Origin: Rebecca billardiae RCC1528
Lineage: Eukaryota > Protista > Haptophyta
DNA length: 64,000 nt
Assembly (NCBI GenBank): GCA_965240325.2
Contig: OZ251230.1
Coordinates: 1,178,001-1,242,000, forward strand
Reading direction: 5' to 3'
Each line of letters starts with the position of its first letter. Positions within the stretch are counted from its first letter, which is position 1. Position numbers and translations under genes: made by a program. Below are positions 27,297-38,100 of the stretch, piece after piece. The notes under the pieces were generated by a model. It saw only the letters and a program-made list of their open reading frames with translations. It had not been told where the DNA came from and did not search any database.

Positions 27297-29002
27297 ATGG
27301 TTGTATAACCGCTCGGTTATGCGGGTATAACTCACCGGTAGCCCTCATGAGGGCGGGCTGGCAGCCAGGGTCCGGCTGCCTGGAGGTTTTCCGGTCGTCA
27401 AGCCGAGCCAGGCCCGGATTGGGCGCGGGCCTGGATTGGCTCAGCAGCTTGGCAAGCGATGCGCGTCTGGGTGCGGCCGCGCTCGCTGGCTGCACCCGCG
27501 GCGCGGCGGCCGGCGTGGCTGCTCTGGTCACCGCTGCGCTGGTGGCTGCTCCTCCTCTGGGAGTTGTTTCTTCCAGGTGCGTGTGCGTCGGCGGTAGGCC
27601 GCCCTCAGCCCTCGCTCTCTCCACTCGTGCACCTGCCCTGCTTGCTCTCTGCTTTCGATGGGGGCGCCTCGGAGCCGCTTCGAGGCGTCCCCGTCTGCAA
27701 TCTTCTCATGCTCTATCTGCTTTCGATGGGGGCGCCTCGGAGCCGCTTCGAGGCGTCCCCGTCTGCAATCTATCTTCTCATGCTCTGCTTTCGATGGGGG
27801 CGCCTCGGAACCGCTTCGAGGCGTCCCCGTCTGCAATCTTCTCATGCTCTGCTTTCAATGGGGGCGCCTCGGAACCGCTTCGAGGCGTCCCCGTCTGCAA
27901 TCTTCTCATGCTCTGCTTTCGATGGGGGCGCCTGGGAACCGCTCCCAGGCGTCCCCGTCTGCAATCTTCTCACGCTTCGCAGTCTCGCTTGCCTTCATCG
28001 CCTGGCGGGTGGGTGCTGCTCTTTCCTTCTCTGCCGCCTCCTCTGCAGTCTGCCGTGCACTGCTGTGTGTGGGATGCGACCTGCTACCTTATCTGACGCT
28101 ACGCGTGCGTGTCTCGCGCCTGCTTCCCGCCTGCGCCGCCGCCGCCGCGCATGTCTTCGTGCCCACTGTCTCATGCCGTCTGGATCGTCCTTACTCATAC
28201 AACCCTGCGGGGAGCCCCTCTGGGCCTCTGCCGCCTTCGGTCCTCGCGCTACCCCTTCGGCGGCCTCGGCCTCTTCGGGCCCCCGGCCACCACCCCTGCG
28301 GGGTGTGGCATTCCACACCTCCTTCTGGGTGGAGGCCCTCGAGGCCTCTGCCTCCTGCGGCGCCGCGCTCTGCCCAAACTTGCGTTGGGGGGGGGCGTCG
28401 GCTGCCAGCGCCTGCGGTCTACGTGCTCCATCGAGTACTTCCTCTTCGGCGTCTAGGCGGTCATCGGCTTCTGTCGGCGTAGTTGCTCGAATGCATCGGC
28501 GAGTCCTTCCTGGTCGGCGTCGCATCCTGGACGGCTTCGGGGGTGTGACCTAGTCACCTCACGCGTTTATCAACGCGGCCCCCACCTCAATCTACTCTCA
28601 TGTGGGTCTACCGAGTGAGTTATGGTTGTATAACCGCTCGGTTATGCGGGTATAACTCACCGGTAGCCCTCATGAGGGCGGGCTGGCAGCCAGGGTCCGG
28701 CTGCCTGGAGGTTTTCCGGTCGTCAAGCCGAGCCAGGCCCGGATTGGGCGCGGGCCTGGATTGGCTCAGCAGCTTGGCAAGCGATGCGCGTCTGGGTGCG
28801 GCCGCGCTCGCTGGCTGCACCCGCGGCGCGGCGGCCGGCGTGGCTGCTCTGGTCACCGCTGCGCTGGTGGCTGCTCCTCCTCTGGGAGTTGTTTCTCCCT
28901 GCCCTCCCACCCTGCTGGTTGCTGGGTGGGCATGGCCTTGGGTGCGCGCGGTGTCGGGGGGGTGGAGGCCCTCGAGGCCTCTGCCTCCTGCGGCGCCGCG
29001 CT
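27297..29002. mobile_element. Non-autonomous element with split direct repeats A1...B1..A2.B2 (PAT/Ngaro/TOC1-like tyrosine-recombinase retroelement architecture)
   Basis: A (275 bp) lies at 27297-27571 and 28622-28896. B (43 bp) lies at 28327-28369 and 28960-29002. There is no TSD, PBS or PPT, and no RT/YR ORF. Confidence 0.55.
27644..27975 (+). repeat. 5 x 64-68-bp tandem repeat, each unit forming a ~17-bp stem-loop
   Basis: GATGGGGGCGCCTCGGA-ACCGC-TTCGAGGCGTCCCCGTC stems start at 27657, 27725, 27793, 27857 and 27921. Confidence 0.92.
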
Positions 29003-29122
29003 AAGGTCTGCTTTAGTGCTACGACTGCGCTATATATATATACACACACACCGCGCCCGATAATAACTAGTCATCACGCATGCCGCGATCGCGGATCGGA
29101 CGCGGTCACTTGCTCGCGCGAC

Positions 29123-32100
29123 TCAGGCGGAGGTGAAGAGCGATTTCATGGCGCCGATCACCGCACCGACCGTAGACGCGAGAATGTCGTTGATGATCTC
29201 GGCCATCACCTCGTTGGCGGTGAGCCGGTCGATGAGCCATGGCATCGCGGCGCCGATTGCGATCATGATGGGCTCCTGCCAAGCCGCACGCGCGGGGGGG
29301 GTGCGAGGCGGACGCGCGCGCGGGGTGATGCGTGGCGCGCACGCCTCGAGCGCCCTGCCCCGCCCCGCGCACGCTGGCTCGCGCGCGCATGCGCCCAGCC
29401 GTGCCCAAGGCGCAGCGCACCTCGACAGAAAGTGTCTGAACCTCTGCGACCGTCCACGAGACGAGCAGCTCGCGCGTCGTCGAGTTCCCAAACGTGACCG
29501 AGAAGACGATGGCGATCATCGCCATCGCGGTGAAGATGGCCCACATGCACAGCCACGCGAGCGCGATGCGCACGTACGGGTGCGGCGTGAGCGCGCGCTG
29601 CAGCGTGGCCGCGTGCTTGCGCCAGCCGTGCTTGCGACGCTCGTCGCGCACGGCGGCCTCCTGCGCGCGCGCGCGCGCATGCGCGCGGCGGTCACGGCGC
29701 GGGACCGCACGCTGGCGACGTGAGCGAGTGCCCGCGCGCACGCGGCAGGCGGGCGCGCGATGCGGTGCGCACGGCACGCGCGCGCACCGTCGTCATGTTG
29801 TCATACCACACGATCAGCTCGTTGAACGAGATCTCCGAGTTGCCGTCCTTGTCGAGGGCGAGGGCCAGCCGCTGCACGCGCCGGCGCGACATCTTGAAGC
29901 CGACCTCGTGCAGCAGCGTCTTGAGCTCGTACACGTCCATGTGCCCGGAGTGGTCCGAGTCGAACTTGACAAACTTGGCGCGCAGCAGCCGAACGACCGG
30001 CTCTGAGAGGCTGTGCGGCACCGTCACCTCCATCGACTCGATGTGCTTCGCGGCCGTCGCGGGAGGGCCGCTCTGACTGCCGGCGGAGGGGCCGGCCGCG
30101 AGCGCGGGCGGCTGCGGCGGCGCGCCCGTCGAGGGGGGACCTGCCGCGCTGGGCCCCTCCTCCGCCGGCGGCGGTGGGATCGGCGGCGGCGGCGGCGGCT
30201 TGGTCGGCAGCGGCCTGCCCGCCGCCGCCGCCTCTGGCATCGAGGCCCGAGGCGGCGGCGGAGGCTGCGAGATGGTGGCAGCGCTGCCTGCCTTGGCACT
30301 CGGCGGCGGGCGCGGGGGCATGCGCGAGCGCGGCGGCGCGGCAGTGGTGGCGGGCGCGCCCGTGCGGCTCTTTGTGCGCGGCGGTGGCGGCACCGCGACG
30401 CGCGAGGAGAGAGCGCGGCGCGCGCCCGCGCTGCTCGCAGCGTCCGTGCTGGCCGCCGCGCCGGCGCGCGGCGGCGGCAGCGGCTCCAGCTGCCCGGCCG
30501 CCGCGGCGCCGTCCGCCGCCGGCTCTGCCGGCAGCGGCGGAGAGGAGGACGGGGACTGGGCGATCGATGCCGGCCGTCGGCTCACGCTCAGAGGCGAGCT
30601 CTGCGGCGAGGGCACGACGGCTGCCGGCGGCTGCCGGCGCGGGCGGCCAGCGCGCACGGGCCACATCGGCGACCTGCGGGGTGGCGACGGCTGAGCGGGC
30701 GACGGCGGCGCGCTCGCACCCGCGCGCTCGGCGGCGGAGGGGGACAGCCGCAGGCTCTGCGCCGCGGCGGTCTGCGTCGGCGTGACGCTCGACTCGAACT
30801 TCTTCGGAGCCCCGCTCGAGGACGAGCCGCTCGCCGGGCTCAGCGCCGCCGCCGCCGCGCTGTCCTTGGAGCGCGCCGTGGCCTCGGGCGAGATGGGCGC
30901 GTCGACGGCGCGCTTGGAGGCGCGCGCGGCGGCGAAGATGGTGGCGACGCCGGCGCCGGAGGCCGGCGGCGTGGGCGGCGGCGTGGGCGCGCCCTTCACC
31001 CGGTGCCGCACCATCATCTTGTCCTCCGCCTCGTTCGGGTCGATGATCGCCTTGAACACGCGCTGCGCGAGCGGCGTGTCTCGGCCGTACCCCAGCAGGA
31101 AGATGGTCTTGAAGAGCGCGAGCGCGGGCAACGAGAGGCCCGCGGTGATCGAGGCGAAGATGACCATCTGCACGAGGTTGAACGAGATCGCCGCGCCCGA
31201 CGAGCCGTCGTCCGACGAGGGCGCCGTGTTGTACAGCATGCACTCGATCACGAGGCCGAGCATGCACACGTTCCAGAACGACTGGCACAGCTCGGCGCGC
31301 TTGGCCGTCTCCGGGTCGCCAAACCAGAGGCCGAGCACGGTGTGCTCCGTCTCGAGCGCGTCGACCATCAGCCGGTACAGCCGCGTGAACGAGTGGTCCT
31401 TGGTGCGGTCGCCGCGCTTGAAGAGCATGTTCGCCTGCGCCACCTCCTTCCGCGCCATCTTGCCGCGCATCACCGCCTGGATCGCCAGCGCCGCCTTCTC
31501 CGTCTGCTCGGCGACAGCGTCGTCGAACTTGTCGAGCCGCGCCTCGAGCGCCTGCGCGCGCGCCTCCTGCTTCTTGAGCTTGGCCGCCTCGGCGGCGGCG
31601 CGCTTGGCGCGCTTCGCCTCCGTGTCGGTGTGGTCCTTGTAGCAGAAGAGGCACAGCGAGAGGAAGCAGCCGCCCGCCATGCCGAGCACCAGCCCGAAGA
31701 TGTACGGGTTGTTCTGCACGCGCTCGGCGAGCCCCTCCGCGCTCAGCGCGCTCTTCGCGTCGTCCGCAGAGAAGGTGTTCACCTGGATGGCGGAGGCGTC
31801 CTCGGCGATGTCGTCGGTCGAGGTGGGCACGTCGACGGCGATGCCGCCAAAGTCGGTGAGGTGCGTGCAGCTGCAGTACAGCAGGCTCGGGTCGGCGCCG
31901 TCGGGCGGCGCGATGCGCGTGCACCCGTCCTGGCTCCACTCCGCCAGCGTCTCGTCCCAGTAGAAGCACTGCGCCTCCTCCGCGCACGACGGTCCCGTGT
32001 ACGGCGAGACGCAGTCGCACGCGCCGTCGGCCGCGCACGCGCCGCGCCCCTTCGCCGCGTTGCAGCCCTCGAGCTCGGCGCAGCTCCCCGACGCGCCCAC

Positions 32101-35100
32101 CACGCGCTCCGAGCCCGCGGTGATCGGGATGGCGACCACGATCGGCTCGTCGAGGCTCTGCACCTGCAGCGCGACGCCGTCCGTGCCGAGGAGCGAGACG
32201 GAGAAGACGCCGGTCTGCAGCGCGCCGGTGGAGGAAGAGCCGCCCTGCAGCCGGCGGCGCGCGCGGCGCCGCGCGTCCGCCGCCGAGCCCGCCGACGCGT
32301 TCGTCGTGCCGTTCGGCTCGGGGCAGCCGAGGTCGGCGTAGATGTTGTCGGCGATGATGGACGAGTGCAGCACGACGCCGCCGCCCGTCGCGTTTGCGAG
32401 CGCGGCCGCCGAGATGTCGAGCGCGCCCTGCCCGCCGGGGCCGGCGAGCGTGCCGTTGGCGAGCGCGCCCTTCGTCGCGACGACGGCCGTCACGTTCACC
32501 TTGGCCGTCGACGCCTCCGTCGCCGGCTCGCCGGGCACGCCGCCCGCCGTCATCGTCGACGCGACCGCGGCCGCCGCCTGCTTGGTCGCGGCGTTCACGG
32601 CCGCGAGCGCCGACGCGGTGCAGTTGGTCTCGTTGCCCGCGTCGGCGAGGCGGCGGCGCCGGCTGGCGGACGCGTCGGCGGACTGCAGCACGCAGCTGAT
32701 CGTGCCCACCACGTCGCCCGCGAACGAGTCCGACGAGCCGTCGCTCGACGCGGCGCTCGCGGCGTTGGCGACCGTCGTGATGGCGAGCGTCTGCCCGCTG
32801 TCGTCGAGCGCGCAGCCCGAGCCGCCCGCGATCGACGCGACGACGGAGGCGGTCTGCTGCGTCGAGTCGGAGGTGGAGACGGAGGAGGAGGCGACGCTGC
32901 TCGCGGTGCTCAGCATCAGCGTCGACACCGACGTGCTCGCGTCCGCGCCCGTCGCGTTGGCCTCGTCCAGCCGGCGCCGCCGTCGGCTCAGCTGGCTCGC
33001 GTCGCACGCCAGCGCGTCACCGGTGCCCTTGCCCGCCGCGCCCGAGAGCGATTTGAGCAGCTGCATCGCCGCGGCGCCCGAGCCGGTGCCGGCCGCCGTG
33101 TTGGCCGCGTCGAGCGCCGCGGCCACCGCGTCGCAGTCCAGCGCCGGCGCCTCGTCGACGAGCACGCCCGCCACGGACGCGCGCGCGGACGCGCCGTAGT
33201 AGTCGAAGACCGAGACGGTCACGGTCAGGTTGCCCGCGGGCAGGAACGCGTTGGACGACTTGGCCTTGACGCGCTCGCCGAGCGACTGCGCGGCGTCGGC
33301 GCCGCTCGGCAGGTACGCGTAGCCGTACTCGATCGGCGAGTCCTCCGGGTCGTCCGTCCACCCGTTCGCGCGCAGCTTGAACTTGGTCTCCAGCTCGACG
33401 CCGCCGGCCATCGGCGAGACCGTCAGGTCGCCGCCGTACGGCGGTCGGTTCATCTGCACGCTCACCGACGCGACCGCGGGCTGCGAGCCGCCAAAGACGC
33501 GGAGCTCGAAGACGTAGAGCGCGCCCGCGGTGAGCACGCCCGAGCGGAACGCGAGCGACGGCCCGTCCGCGCCCGTCGTCGTCACGCCCGCCGCGTCCGC
33601 GAGGTCGAGGCCGGCGTCGAGCAGCTCGCCCGCGACCGCCACGCGCGCGCTCCACTCGTAGGAGTAGGCGTCCAGACCCGCCGCCTCGCGCGCGGCCGAG
33701 ACGGCGTCGAGGCTGGTGGAGAGCGAGACGCGCTGCGTGGGCAGCGACCAGGTGGGGTTGTACTTGAGCGCGGTGAGCGGCGCGAACGAGACCACCGGCA
33801 CCGCGCCGTTCACCACCTCGAGCACCACGGCCGCGCTCGCGTCCGCAAGGCCGCCCTTTGAGAGCGTGAGGCTGATCGTGTAGTTGCCCTCCGCGAGCTG
33901 CACCGCCTCGGGCACGGCGAGCACCGGGCCGTCGACGGCGACGCTCGCGTCGAAGGCGGCGGGCGTGCCGTGCGTCGCGTTCAGCCGCCGCGCCACCGAC
34001 CACGCGAACGAGAGCTCCGGGTCGAGCCCGGCGCTGTCGCCGTCGGGCACGTTGGGGTCGTACGAGGCGGACGCGTCAATCTCGAGATCGGCCGTGGTGC
34101 TCACGCGGCGGTCGCCGCCCGAGATGATGGCCTGCAGCGGCTGCGCGACGACGACGAGGCGGACGGACGCGCTCGTCGCCGAGCTCGGGTCCGCGCCCAT
34201 CGCCGCCGAGAGCGCCAGCGTGTACGTGCGCGACGGCGCGAGCGAGAAGGCGGGGATGCGCAGCGACGCGCGCTCGGGCTCGGCGAGCGCGAGCGACGTG
34301 TCGGCGGTCGCGTCGGCGCCCGCCGCGTCCGTGATCGACGTGACCGACCACGCGAAGTCGATCTGCGCGGAGTCGTCGGCGGGCCAGCAGTCGGCGAGCG
34401 CCGCCACGCCCTTGAGCAGCACGCTCGACGACGGCCGCGCGGTCAGCTCGAACGGCCCGTCGATCGAGAGCGAGGGCGTGGCGCCGCCCGCGCGCGTGAC
34501 CGCCCAGCGCTTGAGCGCGGACGTGCGGCCGACAAAGGACGAGACGCGCAGCAGGAAGACAAAGTTCGAGCCCTCGAGCCCGTCGATCGTGAGCACCGAC
34601 GTCGTGGGCGGGTACGCCGTCGTGTCCGCCAGCCGCGCGTTGATCTGCGCCGCGAAGTCGGAGACGCTCGGGTCGACGCGCCACGTGTACGTGATGTCCT
34701 TGATGCCGCCGCCGGTCGAGCCGCTGCCGTCGAGCACGAGCACCTCGCCCGGGCACGACGAGATCTGGGTGGGCCCGTTGAGCGCGGCGACGGGGACGGG
34801 GCACGAGCCGACGCACGGGAAGTCCGCGTCGATCGTCGCGCTCGAGCTCGCGCACACCTCGTCCGGGCAGCTGCCGCCAAACGCCTTGGGCCAGATCGTG
34901 TTCTCGCGCAGCGCCACGCTCGAGCCCGGGCCCATCGCCGTCAGGTAGTTGAGCTCGGCGACCAGCGTGCTGTCGTCGGCCCAGTAGCACGAGGGCTCGG
35001 CGCTGAAGCTGCCGCGGATCGTCGCGACCGTCGCGTCGTCGAGCACGCGCGCGCACGGCCCCGAGCCCACCATCCCGCCGCGGTTGGTCGGCTGGCCGTC

Positions 35101-38100
35101 GAACTGCACGACCAGCGCGGTCGCCTCCGAGTTGAACGCGGCAGATACAATCTCGGGCGCGTGCAGCCCGACAAAGGTGAAGGAGCCGGCGTCGGCCGCG
35201 GCGGCGGGCGCGAACTGGCGGCCGTTGAGCGCGACGCGCACCGCGGCGCCGCCCTCCGCGCCCCAGCTCGCCACCTGCACGATGCGCGTGTCGCTGAACT
35301 CGAGCGGCGCCGCGGCGGTCGTCGGCCCAAACTTGACGCGCAAGAAGGAGGCCGGGTCGGCGCCGTACCCGAAGGCCGCGTCGGCGAGCGCGGCAAAGCC
35401 CGAGCCCACGATGGTGGTGCGCGTGCCGCCGAGGGCGTCGCCCTCGGCCGGGCTCACCTCGAGCACGCTCGGCTCGTCGTAGTACACGAAGGGCCGCCCC
35501 GCGTCGGTGGTGGACGCGAGGCTGCCGCCGCCGAGCGAGACGTCGAGCGTGCGGTTGCCCGACGCGTCGACCGCGGGCATCGCGCACAGCGCGCGGTCGG
35601 TGCCGTCAGCCGCGGGCGCGAGGAGCGTCGCCTTGACGGCGCACTCGCCCGCGCGGTCGAGCACGCAGCACAGCAGCTTGGTCGCGTCGCTCGAGTCGTC
35701 GCCGTACTCCTTGAACCCCGTGCCGAACACGGTGACGAGCGTGCCGCCCGCCACCGGCCCGCCGGGCGGCACGAGCCGCGTCACGCCCACGTTCGAGGCG
35801 TCGTACAGCTCGAAGCCGATCTCGTCGAAGAAGAGCGGGGCGAGGTGCACGCCGCCGTTGAGCGAGAGCGAGACGGTGTACTCGCCCGCGCCCGCGCCCA
35901 CCGGCGTGTCGCACTCCGCCGTCGCCGCGTCGACCACGGTGGCGGGCGCCTGGAAGACCGCGCCTCCGCCGGCCGCGCCGACAAAGAAGCAGAGCGGCGC
36001 GCCCGCGCCGAGGTCGACAAAGCCCGAGCCGCTCAGCGTGATCGCGGTGGAGCCCGCGAGCGCGCGCCGGCGCGCGCCGTCGCTGCCGTCGACCGGCGCG
36101 CCCTGCGGCTCGCCCGACTCGACGAGCGCGGTGTACAGCGTGAACTGCGCGCCGGAGGTGCTGAAGGCCTGGCCGTTGAGCGACACCTCGACCACGATCA
36201 AGCCCGCGCTCACGGTGGGCGACACGTACGGCGCGGCGCAGAGCAGCTCGGACGTGCCCGCGTCGGGCAGCGTCGCCGCCACCTCGACGCGGCCAAAGGC
36301 GAAGTTGGTCCCGATGAACGCGCAGCGCAGGCCGCCGTAGTCGGCGTAGTTGGTGCCGGAGACCGCGACCTCCACGTCGGCCGTGCCCTGCGGCGCGCCC
36401 GGCGGCGCGAGCGCGCCCACCGTCACGCCCGCCATGTCGAAGTAGGCGAACTCGTTGGTGATGGCGATGGGCTCGCGCGGCTCGCCGTCCTCGTCGTCCT
36501 CGTCCGCGACGAGCGAGAGCGTCACCTCGCCCGCGGCGCTGAAGGCGGGCGCGGTGCACGCGATCTCGGTGGGCGTGATCGAGCTGACGCGCACGCGCGT
36601 GCCGTCAAACACGCAGTAGATGATGTCCGCCTTGCTCTGCGCGCCCAGGTCGAACTGCGAGCCGAAGATGGTCACGTTGGTCGCGATGCCGCTGTTGGCG
36701 AGCGTCGCGCCCGTCGGCGAGAGCGACTCGAAGTTGGCGAGCGCGAACGGGTCGCCGGGCACGGTGACCGAGAGCGTGACGCCGGCGAAGCGGCGCCAAG
36801 GCAGGCCGCCGGACGCGCCGCCGAAGCGGAAACACAGCCGGTGGCCTGTCGCGACCGCGCCAAACGTGAACGAGGCGGTGCGGTCGGCGGCGACGACGGC
36901 CGCGGCGCCGCTCACGCTCGCCGCCTCGTCGCACGCCGTTGCGGCCGCCGGCACAAAGTACGCCTCGTCGCCCGCGCCGACGCCCACGCCCTGGAAGGCG
37001 AAGGTGCGCTCGAGCGTGACGACCGCGAGCACGACGAACGGCCCGCTCACCTCGAGCACGTCCAGCTGCAGGCTGGCGTACAGCGCGAACGGCTCGGCGC
37101 GGAAGCGGTAGCAGAGCATGTACCCGAGGCCGCCAAACTTGCGCAGGAAGGTGTAGCTCGCGGAGAGCCCGCTCAGCGTCCGCAGCCCGCCCCACTGCAC
37201 GAGCGGCGGCTCGTCCGCGCACGAGGCCGTGCCCGCGGGCACCCAGTACGCGGCGTCGCCGTCTGCCACGCCAAACCCCGAGAAGGTGACGGCGTGCGGC
37301 TCGCCCACGACGGCGCGGCTGCCGCCGCCGAGCGCGTCGAGCTGGTACACGTCGAGCGTCACGCCCGCGTAGTGCGCCCACGGCTCGGCCGCGAAGCGGT
37401 GGCACAGCGAGAGGCCGGCCTTGGGCGCGAGCGGCGTGAAGGTGCCCACGCCGAGGCCGGTCGTGTTGAACACGCCGCCGTACTCGTCGAGCGCGCCGCC
37501 GCCCGCCGGCGGGCACGCTGACGCGTCCTCGACCCAGTACGCCTGGTCGCCCGCCGCGAGGCCGACGCCCTCGAACGGCAGCGCCTCCTCCACGCCCGCC
37601 ACCGCGACGGTGAACGCCGGGCCCTGCACCTCGGCCACGACCAGCGTGATCGCCGCGCCGTACGAGCGCACGGGCTCGTCCGCGTGCGTGTAACACAGGC
37701 GCAGGTCCGGGTGGGCGACGTCAAAGGTGAAGGAAGCGGCGAGGGCGGCGTCGAGGGTCTGCGCGCCGCCGTACGCAGCGCGTGGCGCGCCGTCCACCGG
37801 GTCGGCGCAGTCGACCGCCGTGCCGTTGTACGGCAGCCAGTACGCGCCGTCGCCCGGCACGAGGCCGTAGCCATCGAAGCGCACCGCCTCCGGCACGCCG
37901 ACGACCGCGAGGCTCGCGGTGGGCGCGCTCACGACGAGCGCGTCGAGCGTGAGCGACGGGTACCGCTTGAACGGCTCGCCCGCGAACGCAAAGCAAAGCG
38001 CCAGGCCCAGCCCGCCCGCGGGCAGCGTGAAGCTCGCGCTCAGGCCGGCGCCGAGCGTGCGCGCCGCACCGAACGCGACGCCCGCGCAGTCGGCCGCGGC

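Noticed and set aside
27644-27975. CRISPR-like array of palindromic repeats
   Set aside because: Linkers are constant rather than unique spacers, there are no cas genes, and the context is eukaryotic.
27297-28896. TRIM/LTR element defined by the 275-bp direct repeats
   Set aside because: No shared TG..CA ends, no PBS or PPT, no TSD. The second repeat pair (B) is not explained by an LTR model.
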